From Octopus sinensis (lineage: Eukaryota), in assembly GCF_006345805.1 (NCBI RefSeq), contig NC_043001.1:120962001-121026000 (forward strand): a stretch of 64,000 nucleotides of DNA, given 5' to 3'. The position numbers and the translations under genes are program-made. Shown here one piece after another: positions 28,901 to 40,179 of this stretch (position 1 is the stretch's first letter; each line of letters starts with the position of its first letter). The notes under the pieces are model-generated. The model was not told the DNA's origin and searched no databases. It was given only the letters and a program-made list of their open reading frames with translations.

Positions 28901-29432
28901 TATAACCCCTCATAACTATTTTGTTTTTTGGGGGAATTTTCAGAAAATTTTTGCAAATTTGTATTCTACACATTGGAATTGAAGCGATTATGAAAAGCAA
29001 TTTTAATTTTTCGAATTTTTTTTTTTTTTTATTCAATTTAATAAAATACGGACAGACCGAAGTTTAGGCTTTCAATCCCAACAAAAGACCATTAAATATA
29101 TTTGGAGGGAGAAAGATATTGAAAATATCAATTCGTTAGAGTGACGAACAAATGAGGAGGAGGTCGTGAGATGTGCTAAAAGTAACAGCTAAATAGCCCT
29201 TAAATCACGCACCAAAAATTTGTTGGGTTTTTTTTTTGCTTTTTCATAATCGTATGAATTCCCGGGCGAAGGTGAAGAATACGCACAGCCGGTGTTTAGG
29301 GTTGGAGTTTTTGTTAGGCCGAAAACGAATGGTGTGCGTATTCTTTACCTCCGCCTAATTCCCGTAGAACACAAATTCGCAAAAATTTTCTGAAAACTCA
29401 AAAAAAATTTTTTTAAGTTATGAGGGATTATA
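28901..29432. repeat. Fold-back element with a nested inverted-repeat insert (~28983-29253)
   Basis: Outer arms tataa.ccctcataact...cagaaaattttt versus aaaattttctg...aagttatgagggattata; inner hairpin 29264-29355 around ttagggtt. Confidence 0.65.
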
Positions 29433-29919
29433 TGGCAAAATTATATAAGTAAAATTCCGCTGAAAAACCAAGTTGACTTTGACGGGATCTGAACTATGAA
29501 TGTGAAGAGACAGAAGAAATACTTTAAGACATTTCCCGACGCTCTAACGATTCTGTTAATCCACCACATTTACCTTAATTAATAATAATGTCCAAAGAAT
29601 AAGAAATTTGAGGCAATTAAGACAACACTGTCGTAAGACTAAGAACTACTGGCCATTGCCAACAGTTTAATGTGTAAAAACTAGGAGGTTCTAGACAAAC
29701 TGACGAGGGGGGGGGGAAACAAGGTAAGTAGTTCCAGCAACAGGTAACGAATTAAACCTACTTTTGAGGTCTACATGTCACTACCTTTTATTTATTTATT
29801 TTCTAATTTGGGCTACACCACTATATTATATAATTTGAATGGCAAGGTTTTGATTATTTATAAAGACAAGAATCCTATTACAGCAAGTAATTAGAACCGA
29901 TCTACAAACGATAACAATG

Positions 29920-29990
29920 TGCATTTGCCAGGAATCGAACCTGGACCTCTCACGTGAGAGAAGATTCTACAATTACTGAACCACCGATGT
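29920..29990 (-). pseudogene. Degenerate tRNA-Gly-derived sequence
   Basis: ACATCGGTGGTTCAGTAATTGTAGAATCTTCTCTCACGTGAGAGGTCCAGGTTCGATTCCTGGCAAATGCA resembles tRNA-Gly(GCC). The T arm is intact, but the acceptor stem has 3 mismatches and the anticodon loop is 6 nt. Confidence 0.75.
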
Positions 29991-30603
29991 CGTGTCAAGT
30001 TTAATATTCATTATACACACACACACAGCGTACTGATTTCTATGCCGAATAATATTTGCTCTGTGTAAATATAAGCATTGATATATTTTACTACTGTTAC
30101 ATGACATACCTGTGCAAGTCTAAACCTCACTCCTTCATAACTGTTTCCTTATAACTGTAGAAAAATTAGTATTTATTAATGAATGTGTTTTTAAATATGC
30201 TTCAGATGGTGTACACTCCGATTATATCGGAACTTGTGATGAAAACTTTTTTTCGCGAGTTTCGGAAAAATTCACACGAGTCGGCTTTGTTTCCTCATAA
30301 CCTTCAGGAAAATGATTAATTGTTGATGAAATTTCTACAAATATCTTCTAGAGTGCCTAAATTACGATTATATCGGAATTTAACCTGAAAAAATTGGTGG
30401 GCACATACATACTGCCACACATCACAATTTACATACATTTATTTATTTTGAGTTATTCCTGGAAAATGTAGTACTTCTGTTTATGAAGTGGATCCAGCAA
30501 CTCAGGGAGTGAAAAATGCCAACTGAAAGAAAACTAATAAAGATATTACTATGGAAAGACTCCACAGAAACTGAAACACGGTACGGTATGGTCTCAGTTC
30601 CCT

Positions 30604-30639
<36 letters not shown>

Positions 30640-31458
30640 AGCCGTTTATAATTATGAAGCGTTACCGATCGGTTACATATGCATGTATGTCTGGGTTGTG
30701 TATACATATTGCAATTTACAAACGAAAGGACAAAATACAAAATACATGTAGAATTTTTTCATACATCTATTTGGTGTGAGGCTTAGAGAAGCCTTACGTG
30801 TGTGTGTGTGTGTGTGTAATCACAGATGATGATATCAAAATTGGTTGGTTCCAATCAATCTCAGAATATTAATTATAATTCTTTGCTTAATGCTAATTGC
30901 CGGCTTATTAACTTAGTGGGTTCGATAGAATGCATATATACATTTATAAACAGACCGAGCTAATTTTGACACAAAATCTAAACAAACACTACATATTCTT
31001 AAAATGTTTATTTCAACGGAGCAGGTAAAATATTCTTATTTGCCATCGCAAGCTGCAAATGAAGTCGGTAAGAAATAAAGGAAGAAGAGATTAGTTTGAA
31101 AAGAATTCATCTAAATAAGTCTGTCTGGATCTTGGTTGAAGTTTTAAAAGAAAAACTGGATTATAAAAGTATGCTAAGATAGTTGTAGCTACGGAAAAGA
31201 TACTTTTCGCTTTTATTACGTAAATAAAACTGCTTCGTACGTTTTAAAGCTTTGAAACAAACGAAAGAGGATAGAATTGGCAAAAAGAAAGTAAGAAAGT
31301 CGAAGGATGAGAGTCAAAGCACAAAAACAACAATACGAAAACAGACGGCGGGGAGGGTTTATGTTTGTTAAAGTTGGTCGGCAAACTGAAGGTGAATCGA
31401 GTAATTTGAGGAAGAAAAGAAGTATTTGTAAAGTAAAATAAAACTTTTTCTCACTTAC

Positions 31459-31679
31459 TTATCGATCCAAAAAGTCCAGGACGTGGAAAGGGGTAAAAAC
31501 TCGACGATGTTCTGTTCCGCTGATCTTTCAATGACATCACCAGGCGGTGAAGGAGAAGAATAAGGGCTCTGCTGTCGATACTTAGAGCTATTATTATTGT
31601 TGTTGTTGTTGCTGTCGTTGTCTCCGTCCCGGCCGCTCGGCGCAGCATCCTCATCCGTCCAACTCAAGGCAGCCGCCAT
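31459..31679 (-). CDS. EIF4E3: Eukaryotic translation initiation factor 4E class III, first coding exon
   Basis: MAAALSW...LPLSTSWTFWIDK matches the eIF4E3 motif VPLHSSWTFWLDR. Ends in a phase-2 donor AA|GTAAGT at 31458; local CpG-rich context. No downstream exon was recognised in the window. Confidence 0.82.
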
Positions 31680-31706
31680 AACTAACGCAACTCCGACTGC
31701 TCTGGT

Positions 31707-31732
31707 TCACGTGATCAAAACATATGACGTCA
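31707..31732. promoter_or_regulatory. Palindromic E-box (TCACGTGA, 31707-14) and perfect CRE (TGACGTCA, 31725-32) just upstream of the EIF4E3 ATG
   Basis: Exact motifs 28-53 bp upstream of the ATG in a CpG-rich patch; function inferred. Confidence 0.5.
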
Positions 31733-32167
31733 CGAGCCAAAACTTTTTCTTCATCCTCCTCTTTTCCACCGATGACAAAACTTTTCTTCGTGCCCAGCCG
31801 ACACGGAAGTATCTAGGAGGTAGTTCGACCTGCTAGAAATAGAAGCCAAATTACTTCAATTCACACAATGCCGTCTGCAAAAATGGATATATTGGATATT
31901 CTAGGTACGCAATGCCTAGAAAAAACAAGATGGTCATGGATGGAATATGTGTGTGTTACCCCAACACGGCTACAGTCTAATTACTGAAACAAGTGGAAAA
32001 TAAAAGATTTTGTGTGTGTGTGTGTGTGTGTGTCTGTGTGCGCGCGCGCGCACATGCATGTGTTTGTGTTTTGGTGGGTGTGCTCTTCCAAAAGTCTGTC
32101 AAGGCATTCTATTCTGAAAATTACTCGGCAACGAGTTCCTCCTTCTCTGGATCTTTCCTTTTCCTAT

Positions 32168-32205
32168 GTTTCTGACGAAGAGCTCCGCTCAAAACGTTAA
32201 AAAAC
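32168..32205 (+). ncRNA. Degenerate hammerhead motif in a Penelope-like pseudo-LTR remnant (~32090-32280)
   Basis: GTTT-CTGACGA-A-GAGC-tcc-GCTC-AAAA-CGTT-AAAAAAC; the core GAAA is mutated to AAAA. Confidence 0.5.
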
Positions 32206-32434
32206 CCTCCTTCTTCCCCTCCTTCCTGAGCGTCCAATAATACTATGTTTGTTCCACGTCCTCGCGTTGTGTTTTCTATATATATATATAATTTCAACAA
32301 TATAAAGGAATGGCCCTGGTAGGCCATTCGTCTCACCAGAAAGAGCAGCCATACTCAAACCGCTAAATAGTAGTAATTCAGAAATCAAAAACATTTACCT
32401 TTGGCGAAAAAATTTCTATTGAATTTTTCGCTAC

Positions 32435-32512
<78 letters not shown>

Positions 32513-32884
32513 CAAAAGCTCTAAGTTTGTTTTCCTGTCATTTGATTAAGATGATAAAGATTACAAATAAAATAGTCATTTCCCCTTAAAAAAAAATTCA
32601 TTTGAAAATTTCGACTTCAAAGAGTTGTTGTCCGTCCTTTTTTCTTACTTTCTTTAATACAACTGTCGAGTGCTGTCGTCTTGAAAGACACAAATTCTCC
32701 TTATATTTTTTTGAATTACAGGAACTTGTTTGTTTTTATTTCTTAAAATGGGGAAAATGACTATTTTATTTCAAATAAGATATTAATCTTTATCATCTTA
32801 ATCAAAAGACAGAAAAGCAGAGAGAGACTGTCTTTTTATAGATGAAGATGAGTTGCAATGGGAAGAGTTGAATCTCATAAGAAT

Positions 32885-33400
32885 GGGGGGAAACAATAAA
32901 TAGGTTGTACCTTATAATGAAACCCTTTTAAGAGCATTCAAAATGCCATTGCAAAGCTGCTGTTCAAATAAACAATGATAACGAAATTAGTCAATATCTA
33001 ATGGGTAGGTATATTGTGCCATCCGAAGCAGTTGCATCCATTTTAGGATTTTCAGTTCATGAAAGAGCACCTGCAATAGTGAGACTGCAAGTTCATCTTC
33101 CAGATGAACAAAGAATATTGCTTAGAAATTATGAGGATATATATGGCTGTCAATGAACGACGTATAAGAACAACATTGACAGAATTCTTTTTCATTGTGC
33201 ATCAATGATGACATTGCAAAAACATTACCTGATGCTGAAGTATCCCTGTATTTCATTTAGAACAGTAGTAACAAAGAATGGCAAAGAAGAAAGTAAGGAA
33301 AAAAAGTTGAAGGCCATTTGAACGTTTACAAAGAAGAAACGCTTCATCGCGTTGCGTTGTCACACTAAAGGCGTGAGAGCTGTATTACTTAAGAATTTTA
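32885..33400 (+). pseudogene. Helitron RepHel fragment (inter-domain region), decayed
   Basis: VVPYNETLLRAF, NEISQYLMGRYIVPSEAV..ILGFSVHERAPAIVRLQVHLPDEQ, TTLTEFF and EWQRRK.G follow the Helitron consensus. Confidence 0.85.
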
Positions 33401-33437
33401 TTGCATGAAGTTCGAAACAGTATTTTTTTTTTTTACT

Positions 33438-35780
33438 TTCCCGCCGCGATTGTAACTGAACGGGTCACTGCAGATACACCTGGACCCACCCATCCATTCC
33501 AATCCTTCTTCTCACACCTCCACTACCCTTCTTCCCAACATCACACCACCACCACCACACCGCTCCCACGCGCTGTAGTCACTATACCTGTTTCTTTATT
33601 ACCCACAAGGGGCTAAACATAGAGGGGGCAAACAAGGACAGACAAACGGATTAAGTCGATTATATCGACCCCAGTGCGTAACTGGTACTTATTTAATCGA
33701 CCCCGAAAGGATGAAAGGCAAAGTCGACCTCGGCGGAATTTGAACTCAGAACGTAACGGCAGACGAAATACGGCTACGTATTTCGCCCGGCATGCTAACC
33801 CTTCTGCCAGCTCGCCTCCTTCTCTGTAGTCATTATACCACCCAACCTTCCCTTTTCCGCTGCTGAACGTTCACTCCTCGGCAAGGGCCTCTGCTTCACA
33901 CCTCTCACGTCCCACTGCGACGAATTCGAGACCCACACCGATGTCAGCTAGTTCCTGCGTCGCATTAAACTGCACGCGCTTTTCCACACGTCCACCCAAT
34001 GTCACGACAATCGGGGGTGCTTCTCGGAGCTGGGGCACCGCCCATCCCAACTGAACACCGCCTCCAGGCCAGTTCAGCAGCCTGGATTTGTTCATGCATG
34101 ACTGCAACGCGCTGGTCGACCGATTCAATTTCAAAAAAGATCTCTCCCGATCAACATCACCCAGACTGAATTGGTCGCCCTTCGCAACATCCATCGTCGT
34201 CAAGCCGGTAGACAAAGGTGGAATAGTGGTGGTGTGGCATGCGGACCTGTACAAGGAGGAAGCGCTCCGTCAGCTTCGGAACCCCATATTCTATCGCCTC
34301 CTCCCCTCTGACCTCACCCTTCCTACCAGCAGCGCGTGTCCTCCCCCATCCATGACCTCGTCTCATCTTCCACCCCACCCCCACTTCCACCAACCTCATC
34401 GTCCGAACACCCCATATCTCCACCATCTATTTTCTTCCCAAAATACAAAAAACCCGGCAACCCCGGCCGCCCCATTGTTTCGGTCTGTAACTGCCCCACA
34501 GAACTCAACTCCAAATATCTCGATCTCATCCTTCCCCCCCTTCAGTCGCTACCCACCCGCCTCATATACATGACACTAACCACGCCCTTCGCCTCTTCAA
34601 TTCCTTTTACTTCCCTCCTGGCCCTTCGTGCCTCCTTTTCACCAGGGGCATAAAATCCCTGTACACTGTGATCCCACACAACGGCGGCCTCTTAGCCCTC
34701 CAATACTTCCTCGCCCGTCGCCCCGACCCCACACCCAGCACCTCCACGCTTCTCTGCCCAGCAGAACTCGTCCTCACTCTCAACAGCTTTGCGTTCGCGG
34801 CAAAGATTTACCAGCAGCACACTGGCATCGCTATTGGGATGAAAATGAGCCAATTTATTTGTTGGTGACGTTGAAACCCAAATCTTCTCACATTTCTCCG
34901 GACCGACCCCAGAGCTGTACGGTCGCTATATAGGCGACTGCATTGACGCTACCTTTCTCTCCTGCGAACAGCTCTCCATTTTCATCTTTTTCCTTTCTAA
35001 CTTCCATCCTTCTCTTGACTTCATCTCTACCATCTCTGATACTTCCATAAACTTCCTTGATATCTCTCTCCATTGATCCTCTCAACCACTCCCTCATCAC
35101 CTCCGCTTTCTTTAAAGCCACGGACTCTCACCTCTATCTCAATTTTCCATCCCACACCAAACGAGCCATCCCCTACTCCCAGTTCCTTCGACTCCGACGC
35201 CTTGCAGCCGGGACCAGGATTTCGGGACCCAGTCCCAATAACTGGCCCTCTCGTCCATGCGTCGTAGATACTCATCCACCCTTGTCCAAACTACCCTTAC
35301 CTTCGCTCGTCTAATCGATTGCACTACCGCCCTCCCTCCTTCCCCTCACTAATCCCTCAACTGCATCCCCTTTCCCCTCCTTTTCCATCCATCCAGCCTA
35401 CCCATTCGTCGGAAGATCCCGTGAGCCTTCCGTCGTCTCCAGCTAGATCCCATTACCTTCCCTATTTCTCCCAACCCACCCTTGCCTTCCTTCAAACGCG
35501 CCCGTAACCTACGCAGTCTACTGGCCCGTAGTTCCCTCTCCTCCTCCATTTACACCCAACCCACATTCTTCCACGGCTCCAGACCCTGTTGCCACACCTG
35601 TCCTTTCATCATCAACTGCACCTCCATCATTGAATCCAACCAGCACACCCTCTACATTAGGAACGCCTTCACCTGCAATTCTTCGAGCCTCACCTACTGC
35701 CTCAGATGCAATCTTTACAATCTTCTCCCCTTCCCTGATATCAGCCACACTCACTATGCCCCCACATTCCCCTCATACTA
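33438..35780 (+). mobile_element. Penelope-like element (RT plus start of the GIY-YIG region), decayed; Neptune-like
   Basis: ERSLLGKGLCFTP, VKPVDKGGIVVVW, KPGNPGRPIVS, SLYTVIPH, INFLDISL, AIPYSQFLRLRR and FTCNSSSLTYCLRC. Confidence 0.88.
33589..33823 (-). mobile_element. Intact CORE-type tRNA-SINE inserted in the Penelope element, with a 16-bp TSD
   Basis: TSD ctgtagtca(c/t)tatacc at 33573-88 and 33824-39; head ggcgagctggcagaa; B box gagttcaaattcc. Confidence 0.9.
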
Positions 35781-36065
35781 ACACTCTTAATTTTATCAAT
35801 TAATAGCCCAACCCTCCAAGATTTTATAGATTTTATTAAAATCCAGTTTGTCAATAGTTGAACTGGTTGTTGGTTTAACATGTTACCAAAGCTTCGTCAA
35901 GATTGTTTCACTGGTGTAGGCAGATCGGAAGAGAGAAATTGCCATTTATGTATAACACACACACACACATACATGCGCACGCACACACACACACACACAC
36001 ACACATATATAAGACAGTACCTTAGTATGGCCGTAGTCCAATGACTGAAACAAGCAAAAGGTGTT

Positions 36066-36583
<518 letters not shown>

Positions 36584-36584
36584 A

Positions 36585-36619
<35 letters not shown>

Positions 36620-36639
36620 ACGGGCGTGTGTGTGTGTGT

Positions 36640-36830
36640 GTGTCCCACCACCGATTAACAATCGATGTTGCTGTGTTTACGTCCCCGTAACCTAGCAGTT
36701 CGGCAAAACAGTACGAAAGAATAAATATCAGGCTTAAAATGAAATAAGTACTGGAGTCGATTCATTCGACAAAAATTTCTTCAAGGCGATGCCCCAGCAT
36801 GGCCACAGTCTAAAACAAGTAAAATATTTT
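36640..36830 (+). mobile_element. 3' half of the same SINE family
   Basis: gtgtttacgtccccgtaac..cagcatggccacagtc..aacaagtaaaa. Confidence 0.75.
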
Positions 36831-38433
36831 TAAATGTGTGTGACGCGCGCGCGCGCGGCAAAGAGAGAGAGAGAGAGAGACGGAGTGGAGAAAATTAGAT
36901 TGTTTACTCAATAAGTGTGTGTGCGCGCGACTATCAGGCAACGGCTCGTTACGCTTCTAATAGATTTTTGTGTAGGGAGGGCAACGACCTGGCAGTCGTA
37001 GCCCAAAAGCCCAAACCTGACTGGCGACGAGGATTTTATTTATGCTGCGTATATTGAGATAACATTTAGTTTATTTCTCTTTCGGACATTTGATACATTC
37101 GAGACTCCTCGACTAACAAACATTACGTTTGCTTCATTTCTGCTTCTTCATCATGTTGTTGTCAACAGTTAGCGTCGGGTTCGCATTGATTGGGGACACA
37201 ATTGAAGGAACGACTTCCTGGTATAAATGTCCCGTTTTATTGTTTGTTTCTAATACTAGTATTTAATACTACTATAATCATGTCGTAGTCACCAAAATGT
37301 AAAGGGAGGCTGTTGTTCTCTCGTCCGGGGTCACCAAAAACGCAACCACGTAACTTGGACGGATGTGATGCATCGGAGAATGAATGAAGAAAAATTAATT
37401 ATGAAGATGGCCATTTATTTAAAATGAATTATATTAGTCGTTATTATAAAATAAACGATGTCGTCGCGTTTTTGTGTCCACATCGTTTGTAAATGCAGTA
37501 TGATATTCTGTGACTACATGGTTCATTCTGTGTGGGAGCTAGCTTCTTCCCTGTTGCTGTCAGAGAGAAAGTGATTAAGGCAGCGAGAGGCAATAAAAAT
37601 AGGGAACAAAAATTTTCTCCTCGGAGCGGAGTAAAACTTTTTCTCCTCGGCAAGCGGTCGAATTGTCCGAAAGAGAAAGAGATCTAACTTTCTTGTGTCT
37701 ATATGTTTGGCTATTGCAAAGGTTGTTTAGGTCAACCTAAGACAAAAGATTTCTCCAGACTTATCTTTGACTCTTCCATGACCATTGTAGGTCTCAGAGG
37801 TCAACTCATTCACAAAAAATCTCGAAGAGCAGAGAAGAGAAAACAAAAAGCCGGAAATTTATTTGACAATCAATAAAATTGCGGAATCGGTTTCGAATCA
37901 GCCTAGTTGCTGTAGCTGGTCCCTAGACTACATTATCTAATTTTGTCTACGATATCAGTTTTCATTAATTCTGACAGAGGCCTTTGCTTATTTCATTCAG
38001 ATCGAACAACCGAATATAGGTTCGCTTGTTTTTTCGCCTCGGGTCACTTCTCGACATCTTTTCGTCTTCTTTGAAAACAATGTCAAGAAAAATAATTGCA
38101 TCTCATTTCAGTAAGTAATGAAAATAGAACAGTTCTTGCCGATGTTAGGAAAAGCAAATTAGTCTTTAAAGACTCCGCGCGAGGGATATAGGTAAACAGG
38201 TGCTTTGTGTCCCATTCTTGTTTCGTTTTGTGTTTTCTAGCTCAAAAAATCTCTTCAAATCGCTCAGTGATCGTCGTCGTTATTGTTGTTACTGTGGTAG
38301 AGCTGTTAGCGCTTCGGTGTGGATGGTCAGTCATATATTCTTTTTAGACCGTTTACAATGTGAGACAGATTGCGTGGACAAACAATGACCACACTAAAAT
38401 TTGAGTTTACAAATATTTTATTTATCTGCATCG

Positions 38434-38481
<48 letters not shown>

Positions 38482-38521
38482 TGTGTGTGTGCGCGTAATA
38501 CAATATGTGACAATTATTCGG

Positions 38522-38596
38522 TTGCCATAATAAAACTCCGAGTTTCAGATGTCGGGGCGGAAAACTGCACCGGCATCTCTTCAGTTATCGAGACAA
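38522..38596 (-). ncRNA. Candidate type-I hammerhead (left pseudo-LTR)
   Basis: TTGTC-TCG-ATAA-CTGAAGA-GATGCCGG..CCGACATC-T-GAAA-CTCGGAG-TT-TTAT-TAT-GGCAA. Confidence 0.55.
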
Positions 38597-39214
38597 TTAA
38601 AATATGCTATGAAAATGACCGTTAAACAAAGGGAAATTACTATGTAATTGACCGTTATTAAGACAAAAGGGCTATTATTAGAAAGACCGTTAAAAAAGGG
38701 ACGAAAACCGATGGGGAGGAAGTAAAAAGTAAAGGAGTAAAAATACTCATAGCAATCGCGTATGCGCGCATGTACACACATACACATGCTCACTCACATG
38801 TACACCCGCGTATATATGCAACCATACACATGTACATGTGTACACACCAGCACACACGTACACACGCGCGTGCGCACATAAAAAAGTTCATATACACGTC
38901 TATTTACGCAAATGCACAAGAAAAATGCAGGGTGAAAGGTAAAATACAGAAAAAATATGTAAAAATATACAAAGCAATAAAAATATTTTTAAAATATACT
39001 TCTAAAATATTTTTAAAAAATAATAAAAAATATCTCTGAATATGTAAAAAAATATGTGAAAAAATACATTAAAAATATATATAAAGAGAATGGAATGATA
39101 AAAAGCTTGTAGGCGGACACAATATAAAAAGCAAGTTCTATCTGTGATCTTGGGGGGACCAAAAACGTAACAAATATTTAGCCACATATGGACATGATCC
39201 AAAGAGTTCAGTTC

Positions 39215-39590
39215 TTGAATTTAGACACGTAGTGGGGTCCAATGAGTAATCTTTCCATATCACAAAGACCGCACTTTCCACTGCCGTTGGTGTAAGGCTT
39301 TACACTTGGCTAAGATCTTCCAATGGATGTTGTAACTGACACCTTTATCTTTTAAGGACCATATATGACTGGATAATTTGGTTGTTTTCCTTTTATCCCA
39401 CTGCCTGAAGCTCAAGGTGTGATTGTTGTACCTGGCCTTGAAATTCCCCTCTGTAAGACCCACATATTTCTTTGTCGAAACTGTGTCCTTGGTGGTTGTA
39501 GAGTCTACGGTGGCTTCATAAATGATGGTCTCGGACATGCAACCTCCATTTAGCGGGCACAAATTTTTATCCCTGCATAAACAGCTGGTT
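39215..39590 (-). pseudogene. GIY-YIG endonuclease fragment of a Penelope-like element
   Basis: CLCRDKNLCPLNGGCMSETIIYEATV...KKYVGLTEGNFKARYNNHTLSFR...TKLSSHIWSLKDKG...IHWKIL, then CGLC after a frameshift. Confidence 0.88.
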
Positions 39591-40034
39591 TCATTTTATG
39601 CCTTTTGTGGGTGTGCATGTGTGTGTTCCACGCAAGTATGAGTGAGCATATAGCATGTGCGTATTTTTAGACGTGTATTTGAATATAACTGTATGCATAT
39701 GGTCATGTGCATGCGTGTGCGAGTGCGTGTGGACATGTATATGTGGACATGCATGGTTGAATATATATGTGCATCTATTGGCGTATGTGTGGGTGCGCAT
39801 GTGTGTGTTTCGTGTGAGTGAGAATATGCATATAGGCACATGTACGTGGGTGTGCATGCATGTGTATGTATGTACAAACGCTCATACGCGATTGCTTTGA
39901 GCATTTTTACTTCCTCCTCTTCAGTTTTTTCCCTTATTTAACGGTCATTCTAATAATAGTTCTTTTGCTTTAATAACGGTCAATTACACAGTAATTTCCC
40001 TTTGTTTAACGGTCATTTTCATAGCATATTTTAA

Positions 40035-40109
40035 TTGCCTCGATAACTGAAGAGATGCCGGAGCAGGTTTCCGCCCCAACATCTGAAACTCAGAGTTTTA
40101 TTATGGCAA
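40035..40109 (+). ncRNA. Candidate type-I hammerhead (right pseudo-LTR)
   Basis: Stem I TTGCC..ATAA/TTAT..GGCAA; CTGAAGA 40047-53; stem II GATG/CATC; GAAA 40085-88; palindromic stem III ACTC-A-GAGT; GUU triplet 40095-97. One extra T precedes GAAA. Confidence 0.55.
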
Positions 40110-40179
40110 CCGAATAATTGTCATATATTATATTACAGATAAATTCCTCTATTTACATAATATCAAGGTCTCTTTCTTT

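Larger units (their letters stand above)
38495..40136 (-). mobile_element. 5'-truncated Penelope-like element: GIY-YIG remnant flanked by inverted pseudo-LTRs
   Basis: ~38495-38900 is the reverse complement of ~39590-40136 (unique part plus CA-rich tract). A GIY-YIG fragment lies between them. Confidence 0.85.

Noticed and set aside
29695-29735. CTGACGA-(G)n-GAAAC..GTA
   Set aside because: Stem II is an unpaired G run and no stem I forms.
32300-32405. ATG GCT GCT CTT TCT G|GTGAG and AAAG|GTAAAT on the minus strand as alternative EIF4E3 5' exons
   Set aside because: Short motifs only; no matching acceptor before the main exon was identified.
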